IMG/VR virus record: IMGVR_UViG_3300044825_002033
Location: 7,029-71,028 of that record
DNA length: 64,000 nucleotides
Source: a virus
Reading direction: 5' to 3' (one strand)
Shown: one piece after another, positions 47,799 to 57,255 of the stretch
Position numbering within the stretch: position 1 is the stretch's first letter
How the letters are laid out: each line of letters begins with the position of its first letter
The notes under the pieces: generated by a model
Databases searched by the model: none
What the model was told of the DNA's origin: nothing
What the model saw: the letters and a program-made list of their open reading frames with translations, nothing else
Translations under genes and position numbers: made by a program

Positions 47799-47916
47799 AA
47801 TTCTACTAATAGTATCTCTAACATATTTTTCAGTTGTTAGTTGTACAGTAACAACTGTTTATGTTTTGAATGAGTCTCTAAAAGATACTCAATCAACAGA
47901 TCTTTTTCCAAACTGA
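47779..47916 (+). CDS. Small hydrophobic protein, 45 aa, possible lipoprotein (MIKKIFKILLIVSLTYFSVVSC...)
   Basis: Manually translated ORF overlapping the previous gene and ending at the terminator. Confidence 0.5.
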   Translation: MIKKIFKILLIVSLTYFSVVSCTVTTVYVLNESLKDTQSTDLFPN

Positions 47917-47940
47917 GGGTCTTCGGACCCTCTTTTTTTT
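47915..47940 (+). terminator. Intrinsic terminator
   Basis: GAGGGTC-TTCG-GACCCTC followed by T8. Confidence 0.9.
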
Positions 47941-47957
47941 ATGCAGCAATATCAAAC

Positions 47958-48911
47958 CTAAGGAACAATACCACCGCTTCCGGGATTAATTTGATTGAAA
48001 TTCAATCCTAGACTTCTAGAAGTTTGGATATCACTGACTCCAAATTTAGGATTTGTGAAATTGGGATTTTCTTGAAACTGTCCATTAGTTATTGGAACTC
48101 CTATCGCTGGAGTTTGAGTTGGTTCTGGTTCAACTTCGTTTTGAGATACATTTCCTGCAACATAACGATCATATGTAAAGGAAACAGTTACTTTAAGAAG
48201 TTGAGAAGAATCATAAGAAACTGGCATTGATCCCACAGAAATTGGAAAAGCATTAATAAATTTATATGTCATTCTTCCTGATGGTCTTCTTGTCCCAAGA
48301 TCTCTTTCAAATTTTGTTATGCTAATGAATGGAGATTTATATTGCTTTGGATATTTAACTCTGTAAAAATTTGTAGTGTCATCTGAATTTGCAACCTGCT
48401 CTCCAGTTACGAATCTCATCCATGCTTCGAAGTATCTAATTTGATCATATCCTTTTCCTACACTTCCAGAGTTGACATAAAAAGTAAAATCAACACGATC
48501 ATCATATAGTCTTCTATATGCATGTCTCTGGGTTACGCCAGTAAAATCATTATTCAATTCATGAGTGGTTAATGAGGATCCAGGCAAAGAAGCATCAGAG
48601 CAAGAAATCGAAAGAAGATCGGTCATATCAAAAGGAAAACCACTCTGCTTTATAAATGATTCTGCTTCTGGTGGAGGGTTTATATAAACTTCATAATGTG
48701 AGGTTAATGCAGGTTGCATTAACTTTGTTTTTATAAAACTAACATCTCTTACTCTTGGATTTGGTGAAGCACCTTCAGTAAATTTTGAAGGCAATCCAGT
48801 TCCAGGACTTGTTCCAGTTCCCGAAGTTGTTGTAGTTGATGGAACAGGAACTCCAGGTGCAAGATTTATTCCTTGTTGTGCGAGTGTAAATCCACTAATT
48901 GGATCTGCCAT
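47958..48911 (-). CDS. Tail tube-like/baseplate tail tube initiator (gp54/gp19 fold)
   Basis: CSDASLPGSSLTT, HAYRRLYDD.VDFTFYV, YKFINAFPISV.SMPVSY, KVTVSFTY. Confidence 0.75.
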   Translation of the reverse strand: MADPISGFTLAQQGINLAPGVPVPSTTTTSGTGTSPGTGLPSKFTEGASPNPRVRDVSFIKTKLMQPALTSHYEVYINPPPEAESFIKQSGFPFDMTDLLSISCSDASLPGSSLTTHELNNDFTGVTQRHAYRRLYDDRVDFTFYVNSGSVGKGYDQIRYFEAWMRFVTGEQVANSDDTTNFYRVKYPKQYKSPFISITKFERDLGTRRPSGRMTYKFINAFPISVGSMPVSYDSSQLLKVTVSFTYDRYVAGNVSQNEVEPEPTQTPAIGVPITNGQFQENPNFTNPKFGVSDIQTSRSLGLNFNQINPGSGGIVP

Positions 48912-48916
48912 CTATC

Positions 48917-48924
48917 TATAAATA
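48917..48924 (+). promoter_or_regulatory. T4 late promoter TATAAATA for gp4
   Basis: Exact match 30 nt upstream of ATG 48955. Confidence 0.75.
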
Positions 48925-48954
48925 CTTTTACTGTTATATTATGTATGCTGAAAA

Positions 48955-49395
48955 ATGGCAGAAAGTATTAAAAGTATCTACAAACCATCTTATCCAGAAA
49001 AATACAAAGGTGATGCGAACAATATAATTTGTAGAAGTAGTTGGGAAAGACGTTTTTGTTATTATTGTGATCACAATCCAAGCATTATTTCTTGGGCATC
49101 AGAAGAGTTTTGTATTTCTTATGTGTCTCCTGTAGATGGTAGAGTGCATCGATATTTTCCAGACTATCTTATTAAAATCCAAGAGTCAACCGGTAAAGTT
49201 AAAACTTATGTGATTGAAGTGAAACCAAAAAAACAAACAGTGCCACCAAAGCAGAAATCAAGAGTGACCAAATCTTACTTGCATGAATGCAGAACTTATG
49301 CAGTAAATCAAGCAAAGTGGAAAGCGGCACAAGAGTGGTGTGCAGATAGGATGTTAGAATTTAAAGTAATCACAGAAGAGGAGTTATTCAACTAA
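48955..49395 (+). CDS. gp4: Head completion nuclease gp4
   Basis: PEKYKGD..NIICRSSWER, WASEE, HRYFPD, IEVKPKKQT, VNQAKWKAA. Confidence 0.92.
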   Translation: MAESIKSIYKPSYPEKYKGDANNIICRSSWERRFCYYCDHNPSIISWASEEFCISYVSPVDGRVHRYFPDYLIKIQESTGKVKTYVIEVKPKKQTVPPKQKSRVTKSYLHECRTYAVNQAKWKAAQEWCADRMLEFKVITEEELFN

Positions 49396-49937
49396 TGGCA
49401 CTCACTGGATACGAAAAAGCGTTAGAACAATATACAAAATCAGAACTAGTTGAAATAGCAAAAACATATACCATATATTACCAGACATCCTCTGGTGTTG
49501 GACAAATAAGTGGTTATAGTAAACTAACAAAACAAGAATTAATTAACTTAATTAAAAAGGATAAAGATTATCAAAAGGCTAAACCAAAGTCAAGAATTGA
49601 ATTATTAAAAAGTAGAATTGTAAATTTAACAGATTCCGAAGATATAATGATGGTTATTTTAGAAATTTTTAAAGATGTTGAAATGATACCAGAACCGGGA
49701 AAATTTTATACTTTTGTTTATAATGCAAAAACTCCTAAACTTAGATATGACCAACATCCACTGATTGCTTGTACCGAAATAAAAAAATGGGGATTTACTG
49801 GAATTAATTTTCATTGGAGAGAAACAAGAAATTATACCTGGAATGAGGTAGCAGGACAACTTCATAAAGTTTATTATGAAGAACTAGACGAAATGCTTTC
49901 AATACCTTACGCAAAATATCTTACCGTTCCTGAATAA
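49395..49937 (+). CDS. gp2-like DNA end protector with N-terminal Rho-N-like helical domain
   Basis: PGKFYTFVYNAKT...YDQHPLI...GFTGINFHW; synteny after gp4. Confidence 0.65.
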   Translation: MALTGYEKALEQYTKSELVEIAKTYTIYYQTSSGVGQISGYSKLTKQELINLIKKDKDYQKAKPKSRIELLKSRIVNLTDSEDIMMVILEIFKDVEMIPEPGKFYTFVYNAKTPKLRYDQHPLIACTEIKKWGFTGINFHWRETRNYTWNEVAGQLHKVYYEELDEMLSIPYAKYLTVPE

Positions 49938-50019
49938 ATAAATAAAAATTCCAATAAATGTCTCATACTCTACAAAAAATTGAGATGACTAATCCTCTTG
50001 TAAATGAGGAGGAGTTCTG

Positions 50020-51297
50020 ATGGCAGCGGTTAAAAGTGGAATTAATAAGGTAGGAAATAATTATTATCAATCAATAACATTAGAAAATTCAGATGGAAGT
50101 GTAGGAACAACTTTATATCGTGTCGATGCCAAAGGAAATAATGGAGTTCCAATTTATAATGTTGATAAACCATCTGGGTCAAATACACTTGCCAAATCTT
50201 TTGATCCTAATGCAACTGCTGAAGAAAAAAAATTTCTTTCAGATCCAAATTCACAATTAAGTAAAGTTAGATCTCAGCAAGTTACTTCATCAAATCCAAA
50301 TGCAACCGTTACACAAAAATCTGCGTTAGCACAAGCAGGTGGTGGAAGTGGAAATGCTGCGAATAAACCAGAAAGTGAAGATGGACAACAAGGAAATACC
50401 ACAGCATCTGAATTCAATCAAGAACAACTAAATGCATCTATTAGTGATGCTGGAGTTAGACAACAATATGGCAATTACAAATATCCAATAGACGCTCAAT
50501 TCAATCTTCAAGATTGTATTAAGTTTTCAATGTATAGATATACTCCAAAGAAATTTAATGTTACTCAAAATTTAGGTGGATTTTCTGGATCAAATAAAGG
50601 ATCTGCAATGGGTACAGTAACCCTACCCATTCAACCCGGCATCTCAGATTCTAATGTTGTTCAATGGGGAGAATCCTCATTAAACTCTTTGCAAGCATTA
50701 GCGGGTGCAGCAGCACTAGCAGGGATTCAAAAGGGTGGAGAAGGACTAGGAGAATCTTTAGAGCAAATATCAACAGGACTTCGTGACAAAGGAAAATCTG
50801 GAGATATAAAAGCAGGACTGGCTGCGTATTTTGCAGGTGAAGCTGCAGGAGCAAACACTGGGTTTTTAACAAGGGCAACTGGAGCAGTTTTAAATAATAA
50901 CTTAGAATTGCTTTTTCAAGGTCCATCACTCCGCTCTTTTACCTTTAATTTTTCATTATCTGCGAGAGAGAAAAAAGAAGCAGAAGAAATAAGAAAAATT
51001 ATAAGACTTTTTAAACAAGGAATGTCTGTTAAAAGATCTTCATCTGCACTGTTTTTAAAAACACCTAATATTTTTGATATTCAATATTTGCATAAAGGTA
51101 AAGAGCATCCATATATAAATCAAATCAAAACTTGTGCGTTACAAAATTTTGTTGTTAATTATACGCCAGCAGGAAATTATGCAACGTATGAAGATGGTGC
51201 AATGACTCAATATGATCTAACACTAACATTTGGTGAGATTGAACCACTATTTGATGATGATTATGGCCAAAGTGATGATGGTAAAATAGGTTACTAA
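50020..51297 (+). CDS. gp48: Baseplate tail tube cap gp48
   Basis: LPIQPGISDSN...NNNLELLFQGPSLRSFTFNF...IIRLFKQGM...LTFGEIEP. Confidence 0.85.
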   Translation: MAAVKSGINKVGNNYYQSITLENSDGSVGTTLYRVDAKGNNGVPIYNVDKPSGSNTLAKSFDPNATAEEKKFLSDPNSQLSKVRSQQVTSSNPNATVTQKSALAQAGGGSGNAANKPESEDGQQGNTTASEFNQEQLNASISDAGVRQQYGNYKYPIDAQFNLQDCIKFSMYRYTPKKFNVTQNLGGFSGSNKGSAMGTVTLPIQPGISDSNVVQWGESSLNSLQALAGAAALAGIQKGGEGLGESLEQISTGLRDKGKSGDIKAGLAAYFAGEAAGANTGFLTRATGAVLNNNLELLFQGPSLRSFTFNFSLSAREKKEAEEIRKIIRLFKQGMSVKRSSSALFLKTPNIFDIQYLHKGKEHPYINQIKTCALQNFVVNYTPAGNYATYEDGAMTQYDLTLTFGEIEPLFDDDYGQSDDGKIGY

Positions 51298-51298
51298 A

Positions 51299-52426
51299 AT
51301 GGCATCTTATTTCAGACAAGTTCCAGACTTCGAATACGTCTCTAGAAATCCAGGAGACAAATATATCTCAGAATATATTACAGTCAAAAATCTTTTCAAA
51401 CGTGGAAAGTTGAGAGAAGATATTTTTGCAAATCTACAATTTTTTGAAAAATATTCAATCGTTGGAGATGAGCGACCCGATAACGTTGCGTATAAATTTT
51501 ATAATGATGAAACTTTAGATTGGGTAGTTCTTCTTTCAAATAATATTCTGAACATCCAATCAGAGTGGCCAATGACTCAAAAAACTTTTGATAAGTTGAT
51601 GCTTGAAAAATATGGTTCTTATGATAATCTTTATAATGGAGTGCATCATTATGAGACTGAAGAGATCAAGAATTCATTAGGTATTACAGTTCTTAAAGGC
51701 GGTATTCATATCTCTCCAACTTGGAAAACTAATGGAAACTTTATTGAAACAATCAACTCTATTATCACAAAAATAACTGCTACAGGTAAAACTGTAAGAG
51801 TTGATATGAAAAACAACATACCAGGAATATTTTCTAGTAGTCAAGTTACAATTGATGGTGTATCTGAAGTCCAATACAATGGAAAATTCAATGTAAAAGA
51901 AATTTTTGACAAAGCATTTACCTATGAATTACCAGAAACTCCAAATAACTTAAGTCCAACAATTTCTACTTCTAAAAAAGAACAAGTTGTATTTGTAAAA
52001 AGCATATTCAGAATTATTGGAACAATAGAAAATGCATCAGATCAACTTTTACAAAATCAATTCCCAGATGCAGTATCTGGAAATGTAGTAGTTGATTCAG
52101 AAACTGGAAATTCTTGGACATACAACGGGTTCAATTGGATAGATGAACCTACATTAAAAAGTTTAAATGCATATTACTATGAATATTGGGATCCTGGTCT
52201 CGGATATCCCGTTTTAGTACCTTCAACTTCTTTCGTGAAACCAGTAACAAACTATGAATATGAAAATCAAATAGAAGAAGCAAAAAGAAATATTTTTGTA
52301 CTAAAAACAAAATATTTAAATGTAATCTTTAATGATATGGATGATATTATGCCATACAAAAAAGGTTCTCAGCAATATGTTAGCGAGAACCTTAAGAGAG
52401 GTGATAATATCAGACTTTATGAGTGA
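51299..52426 (+). CDS. gp53: Baseplate wedge subunit gp53 with internal insertion
   Basis: YFRQVPDFEY, KNLFKR, DERPDNVA..FY...LDWVVLLSNNI...WP, HHYET, VTNYEYE...KRNI. Confidence 0.88.
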   Translation: MASYFRQVPDFEYVSRNPGDKYISEYITVKNLFKRGKLREDIFANLQFFEKYSIVGDERPDNVAYKFYNDETLDWVVLLSNNILNIQSEWPMTQKTFDKLMLEKYGSYDNLYNGVHHYETEEIKNSLGITVLKGGIHISPTWKTNGNFIETINSIITKITATGKTVRVDMKNNIPGIFSSSQVTIDGVSEVQYNGKFNVKEIFDKAFTYELPETPNNLSPTISTSKKEQVVFVKSIFRIIGTIENASDQLLQNQFPDAVSGNVVVDSETGNSWTYNGFNWIDEPTLKSLNAYYYEYWDPGLGYPVLVPSTSFVKPVTNYEYENQIEEAKRNIFVLKTKYLNVIFNDMDDIMPYKKGSQQYVSENLKRGDNIRLYE

Positions 52427-53380
52427 TCAATCCTCAGCAAGTTTTTGGAAATAACTGAGAGCATCATCCTCATCTTCATCATCCGAAGTAATCTTAGGAA
52501 GTGAAGGTGACTTACTGCGATTGTAAGACTCCTCAAGTTCTTCCATTACTTTACTTTCACGACTTACGGGAGTACTGTAAGATTCATATTCATCTTCTTG
52601 CTCAACCACAGCACGAGATTGAGTAGGTGTATTAGTTCCACTAATACCAAGAACATAATTCATACGCTTCTCAAGGTCTTCATATGATTTGAACTGGTCT
52701 GGAGCAGTAATTGCAGAGAGAGAATATTCTTTCTTCCAGATTGCTTCCAGTGCATCGTCATCATCTAGGAGAGGAGCAACACGATCGAACTCAGACTTAT
52801 CGTAGTTCCAGTAACCATCCTTCTTCACGATTTTGATCTTGAAGTTTGCACCTTGCCAGAAGTCAAAAGGATTGATTGGATCTTCATCATCAAACTCAGG
52901 TTGCATAGCGTTCAGAATCTTATCAAAGATCTTCTTACCATACTTGAAGAGGAAAACTTTACCCTCGTTTTGAGGATTTGCAGGATCCTTTACAACGTAG
53001 ATATTAGAATAGTAAGACAGTTTACGCTTTTGTTTACGAACAGTGTCTTTATCCTTTTCATTACCACTGTTCCACAGACCACGATTGTACTCGGAAATAG
53101 GATCTTTTTGACCAACAGTAGTAAGACTGTTTTCAATATACCATCCACCAGGACCTTGGAAAGCATGTGAATACATCTTTACCCAAGGAACATCTTCACC
53201 ATCAGGAGCGGGTAGAAAACGAATGACTGCAGAACCCACACCAGTTTTATCCATCTCTGGTTTCCAAAGGCGATCATCTGCACCACCAGAAGTGGTATTC
53301 ATTTTCTCCACTTGCTTCACAAGTTTCTCAGTGAGTGAACCAAGTGAAGATTGTTTTTTAAGATTTGCAAAATTAGACAT
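52427..53380 (-). CDS. gp32: Single-stranded DNA-binding protein gp32
   Basis: DDRLWKP, AVIRFLPAP, WYIENSLTT, NIYVVKDP.NPQNEGKVFLFKYGKKIFDKI, acidic tail. Confidence 0.95.
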   Translation of the reverse strand: MSNFANLKKQSSLGSLTEKLVKQVEKMNTTSGGADDRLWKPEMDKTGVGSAVIRFLPAPDGEDVPWVKMYSHAFQGPGGWYIENSLTTVGQKDPISEYNRGLWNSGNEKDKDTVRKQKRKLSYYSNIYVVKDPANPQNEGKVFLFKYGKKIFDKILNAMQPEFDDEDPINPFDFWQGANFKIKIVKKDGYWNYDKSEFDRVAPLLDDDDALEAIWKKEYSLSAITAPDQFKSYEDLEKRMNYVLGISGTNTPTQSRAVVEQEDEYESYSTPVSRESKVMEELEESYNRSKSPSLPKITSDDEDEDDALSYFQKLAED

Positions 53381-53424
53381 TTGTACCTCGTATTCGTTGA
53401 GATTTGGCCTTTGTGTACTTCGTT

Positions 53425-53453
53425 ATTCTACAGGTCGGAACCCGTTTTGTCAA
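53425..53453 (-). promoter_or_regulatory. sigma70-type promoter TTGACA-17-TAGAAT for gp32
   Basis: Near-consensus elements with 17-nt spacer. Confidence 0.75.
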
Positions 53454-53772
53454 TCTGGTTCTTCATCACATCAAGCATCTTGGTCATATTGCCAAAGATG
53501 ATATTCATATCAACATTGGAAGGAAGACCCATCATTGAAGCAGATTCAGTAATACGTTTTTTCATTTCCTTTGCTTCAGGATCATCAGAAAGACTCAAAC
53601 GTGTATAGAGAATCTGCTGTTTGTTCAAAAGTTTTTCAAGAAGATTAACGTGTTGAATCTTATCTTCTTTTGTCATTGATGGAAACTTAAAGACGCTTCC
53701 ATAAATTTCTTCTTGTAGTTCAGAAATTTCAGTCATCTCTGCGCGAACGACTTCAGAATCAAAGAAACTCAT
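53428..53772 (-). CDS. DUF1825-like conserved cyanophage protein
   Basis: MSFFDSEVVRAE...RLSLSDDPEAKEMK. Confidence 0.8.
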   Translation of the reverse strand: MSFFDSEVVRAEMTEISELQEEIYGSVFKFPSMTKEDKIQHVNLLEKLLNKQQILYTRLSLSDDPEAKEMKKRITESASMMGLPSNVDMNIIFGNMTKMLDVMKNQIDKTGSDL

Positions 53773-54365
53773 TGTTCTCCTAGAATTACTTCTTTTAAAA
53801 TTCGTTTATAACGAAATACATCAATATTTAGAAATGGATTATATTTTTTAATCCGACGACTGACGGTTTGCCACACCGGGTCTTGAAGTTTTTTATCAAA
53901 GTTCTTTGAGTATGCAAAGATTTTATCAAAAAGAACCATTGTTTCTAATGATACTTTACCACTCAAATATTTTTTCAAAAGAACAGGATGTCCTTTTGAA
54001 CATTTAAAGACATCCTCAAATTTATTTTCTTCAAACAAAGATTGACTTTCTTCTTTAAAGACGTATGAAAGTGATTGTACTTTTTTCTGCCAGTTTTGAT
54101 ATCTTGATTCACCCTCTTTGATCATTTCACCAATCCAAAGAGATTCTGGATCATTGCAAGATACAAAGTTAGCAACAAAGAAATCTATAACTTCTTGATC
54201 TGTTTTTTGTCTTGAGATCTTTTCAAACCACATTCTATCTTTTCGTTTATAAAAAGATTGAATAGTTGCTTTTGATCTACCACAATATTTGAAGTAATCA
54301 TAACTGTCTTTTGTGAAATGATTTTTTAAAGACAGATAACATTTATAAGAATCAAATGGCATCAT
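53769..54365 (-). CDS. gp59: Helicase loader gp59
   Basis: YLSLKNHFT..YDYFKY.G, FYKRKDR..FEK, FFVANF, SLET. Confidence 0.9.
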   Translation of the reverse strand: MMPFDSYKCYLSLKNHFTKDSYDYFKYCGRSKATIQSFYKRKDRMWFEKISRQKTDQEVIDFFVANFVSCNDPESLWIGEMIKEGESRYQNWQKKVQSLSYVFKEESQSLFEENKFEDVFKCSKGHPVLLKKYLSGKVSLETMVLFDKIFAYSKNFDKKLQDPVWQTVSRRIKKYNPFLNIDVFRYKRILKEVILGEQ

Positions 54366-54622
54366 TAAAAGACTAACTTAGCACGGGAAGTTTTTTTAAG
54401 AAAGTTAAGTTCCATTGCCTCATACTTAATCTTCTCTTTCAAAGGTTTAGAAATGAGTTTTGGAACCGATTCCAAATCTATATTGTTCTGCTCACAAAAA
54501 TAAATGATTGCATCAATATAATTCATTTCGATATTAATTTGCACAAGATTTTCAATTTCTTGTGCAAATCGTGATGGGCAGAAGAACTTACTTTCTAATA
54601 CTTTTTCTAATTCATTCTCCAT
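54365..54622 (-). CDS. gp33: Late transcription coactivator gp33
   Basis: NYIDAI...LISKPLKEKIKYEAMELNFL; probable start MENELEK at 54622. Confidence 0.9.
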   Translation of the reverse strand: MENELEKVLESKFFCPSRFAQEIENLVQINIEMNYIDAIIYFCEQNNIDLESVPKLISKPLKEKIKYEAMELNFLKKTSRAKLVF

Positions 54623-55292
54623 TTGACCCAGTATTGTGATGTACAAATTCTTTAATGTAGCGAACTAGTAATCTAATATAATCTGCTTTGTTTCTTTTGT
54701 CAAATACTTTAACTTCACCACCAGGAGTTACCATAATAGTGATTAATTTAACAGGAGGAATATTAGTGAGTTCATAATATGCCGCAGCATAAAAAGTTTC
54801 TTGAACAAAATAATTTTCGATCCATTCTTCTGGTTTGATTTTTTCAGAAGTCTTAAAGTCAATAACTGCTAACTCTCCCTCATACTCAGCAATACAATCT
54901 ACTCGTCCAGCAAGTCCAAGATATTCGGAGTAAAGAGTTCTTTCAATCGCGTGAATATTATTTATCTTATCAAGATAAGGTTTTGCATGATGAAACATAA
55001 TCTTTGTCATTGGTTGGTAATCATTCCAATCCAATTCTTTGTTTTCCAAGTAGTCCTGACAGACTTGGTGAAAATCAGTACCTCTTGCAGTTGCTCTTTT
55101 AGTAATGCGATTTGCTTCTTCAAGACCAACTCTTTTTCTCCATTTAACGAAGACTTCTCGATTATAAAAACTTGTAACAGAAGTAATAGAGGGCACCCAT
55201 TTTCCATTAGGAAGATTATAGAGACGGATGCTCTCTGTTGTTTTGCATTCTAATTCAATGTCACCCAGATAATTATGATGAATAAAACTCAT
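54612..55292 (-). CDS. PD-(D/E)xK exonuclease (Cas4-like phage exonuclease)
   Basis: PSITSV, RGTDFH, AGRVDCIAEY...VIDFKTS, YFVQ..Y. Confidence 0.85.
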   Translation of the reverse strand: MSFIHHNYLGDIELECKTTESIRLYNLPNGKWVPSITSVTSFYNREVFVKWRKRVGLEEANRITKRATARGTDFHQVCQDYLENKELDWNDYQPMTKIMFHHAKPYLDKINNIHAIERTLYSEYLGLAGRVDCIAEYEGELAVIDFKTSEKIKPEEWIENYFVQETFYAAAYYELTNIPPVKLITIMVTPGGEVKVFDKRNKADYIRLLVRYIKEFVHHNTGSNGE

Positions 55293-56044
55293 ACACCAAC
55301 TTCCATTTTAGCGAGAATATATTCCTTCACAAATCCAGAGCGAACAATATCATCAACTTCAAATTCAATAATGTCGATTGAAGGCATAACACGAAGAATT
55401 TTCATAAAATCAACAATTCCATTCTTTTCATTAGTTTTAATAAGATCACTTTGGGTAGCATCGCCACAGAAACAAATCTTACTGTTTTCACCTACGCGAG
55501 TAATGATACTATCAAGTTCATGAAAGTTTAAGTTTTGGAATTCATCAACAATAATGATTGCATTATCAAGAGTTGTACCACGAATAAAAGAAGTGCTCCA
55601 AAAACTAATCGTTCCTTGAGTTTTAAGATTGCCATAAAGCATTTCAAATGATGCATCATCTGGCATCTGGAACATATACTTTACCATGTTTTTATAGGGA
55701 ATTTGGTAAAGAGAAGACTTATCTTCATGGTCTCCAGGAAGGAAACCAATTTCGCGAGTAGCAACAAGAGACCTTACGATATAGATTTTTTCATAAGGAC
55801 TTCTTTCATCTAAAACATCTTGAAGAGCATTATATAGAGTGATGAATGTTTTACCGGTTCCTGCACATCCATATGCAACGATGTTTTGATTTTTTTCATA
55901 TGCCTTATACAAAAGTTTTTGATTGTCTGTGAGTGGTTCAATTTCTCTCATCAAATCAGAACCAATTGGTTTTTTGCGTTTCATTTGCTTTGCAGTCATT
56001 CCAACGCCAATCGGTTGATCCTCTGCCCTTCTTCTTCTTGCCAT
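55289..56044 (-). CDS. phoH: PhoH family ATPase
   Basis: GCAGTGKT, REIGFLPG, RGTTLDNAIIIVDEFQN, TRVGENSK..FCGD..QSDL, DIVRSG. Confidence 0.95.
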   Translation of the reverse strand: MARRRRAEDQPIGVGMTAKQMKRKKPIGSDLMREIEPLTDNQKLLYKAYEKNQNIVAYGCAGTGKTFITLYNALQDVLDERSPYEKIYIVRSLVATREIGFLPGDHEDKSSLYQIPYKNMVKYMFQMPDDASFEMLYGNLKTQGTISFWSTSFIRGTTLDNAIIIVDEFQNLNFHELDSIITRVGENSKICFCGDATQSDLIKTNEKNGIVDFMKILRVMPSIDIIEFEVDDIVRSGFVKEYILAKMEVGV

Positions 56045-56051
56045 AAAATGA

Positions 56052-56300
56052 TTAAATTGGTTTTACTTTTGATCCTGGTGCCTTTGATGCTTTATGCAGA
56101 ACATCATTCCATCCTGGATGAGATTTAATAAGTCTATCATAAATCTCACCAACTTCTCCTGATGCTGGGCAAGTTGATGGATCTGACCAATCTCTATCCC
56201 AGTCTGGATTATCTTTTTTCCATTGATCCCAATCATGAACACTGAGAACAACTTCTTTTTGCTCACCAGTAACTTTATTATAAACTGGATATGTTGCCAA
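56052..56300 (-). CDS. Conserved T4-like hypothetical protein (FmdB-like N-terminus)
   Basis: MATYPVYNKVTGE...NPDW...GWNDVL..ASKAPGS; typical position upstream of phoH. Confidence 0.7.
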   Translation of the reverse strand: MATYPVYNKVTGEQKEVVLSVHDWDQWKKDNPDWDRDWSDPSTCPASGEVGEIYDRLIKSHPGWNDVLHKASKAPGSKVKPI

Positions 56301-56329
56301 TGTTACACCTCCATAGTATGTAAGGATAT

Positions 56330-57076
56330 TTATTCAATAGTAATAGATGGTGCATCTACACACTCTGAGCACCCTTCACGAGTCCATCCAAGTGCTTCAG
56401 ATACTGCAGGAAACTGACAAGTAAAGAGACAACGAATTGCTTCTGCAATCTCCATATGTTCTTTCTGCGTACCATGTGCAGAACGAAGATCGATGTAATG
56501 GATCCAAGAACGCACAGAACCGGTCATATAGAGGCGTGTAGGCGTTGCTAAGGGCAGTACAAACCTTGCACACTCCTTTGCCACTCCTTTCTCCAGAAGA
56601 CGGTTGTAGAGGCGTAAAGACTGCTCAAAATGAATTCGAATATCTTCTGCCAAAGTCAGTTTCAAATAATCTGGAATATCATCAATTGAGTTCTGACGAT
56701 TCTTTGTATCTTGACGACGAAGTTCTGGTAGAGGAATTATACCACCAAGCAGATTAGTATCAGCATAACGCTGTGAAAACTCTTGAAATGTAAATGACCG
56801 ATGCCGAAGGATTTGAGCTGCAATACCACGAGTAGTATTGATCTCTACAGTCATTGTTGCCTGTTCAAAGATACTCCAGTGTTGATGCTTAATACAATAC
56901 TTAAGTAGTCCAGAGAAATTATCATTCTCTTGATTATTTGGGTTACTTACACGAGCACAATATGCCATGTGCTTTTCTGCGTCGGGAGTAACACTAATAA
57001 GTTTTACTTCTGGTTTCATAAACTCGAAATCCTCATACATGGTATTCATCTTCCTCGTCATAAAATACTTCGTCAT
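56330..57076 (-). CDS. thyX: Flavin-dependent thymidylate synthase (true start probably downstream, near MKPEVK)
   Basis: HWSIFE, QILRHRSFTFQEFSQRY, KECARFVLP, RSWIHYI.LR...TQKEH. Confidence 0.95.
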   Translation of the reverse strand: MTKYFMTRKMNTMYEDFEFMKPEVKLISVTPDAEKHMAYCARVSNPNNQENDNFSGLLKYCIKHQHWSIFEQATMTVEINTTRGIAAQILRHRSFTFQEFSQRYADTNLLGGIIPLPELRRQDTKNRQNSIDDIPDYLKLTLAEDIRIHFEQSLRLYNRLLEKGVAKECARFVLPLATPTRLYMTGSVRSWIHYIDLRSAHGTQKEHMEIAEAIRCLFTCQFPAVSEALGWTREGCSECVDAPSITIE

Positions 57077-57221
57077 AATCAGTTAAAAAGTTTTTAATTT
57101 CCTCATAAGTAGAATCTTTAACTTCAGGTTCAATCTCTGACTTTAAACATTCTACTAGAGACTCAAGGTTTCTAACTATTAACTTAAGCTTTTCTCTATC
57201 CATCTTGATTAACCTCGACAA
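57033..57221 (-). CDS. Small conserved hypothetical protein (MDREKLKLIVRNLESLV...)
   Basis: ORF downstream of a consensus promoter; acidic tail; start probably at MDREK. Confidence 0.7.
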   Translation of the reverse strand: MSRLIKMDREKLKLIVRNLESLVECLKSEIEPEVKDSTYEEIKNFLTDYDEVFYDEEDEYHV

Positions 57222-57226
57222 AGGTA

Positions 57227-57255
57227 ATTATACATAAAAAAAGAGAGGGAGTCAA
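57227..57255 (-). promoter_or_regulatory. sigma70 promoter TTGACT-17-TATAAT embedded in a terminator
   Basis: -35 lies in the hairpin loop, -10 just after the U-tract. Confidence 0.75.

Noticed and set aside
54612-55292. Cas4-like nuclease as a sign of CRISPR-Cas
   Set aside because: Standard stand-alone exonuclease between phoH and gp33 in T4-like cyanophages; no array or other cas genes
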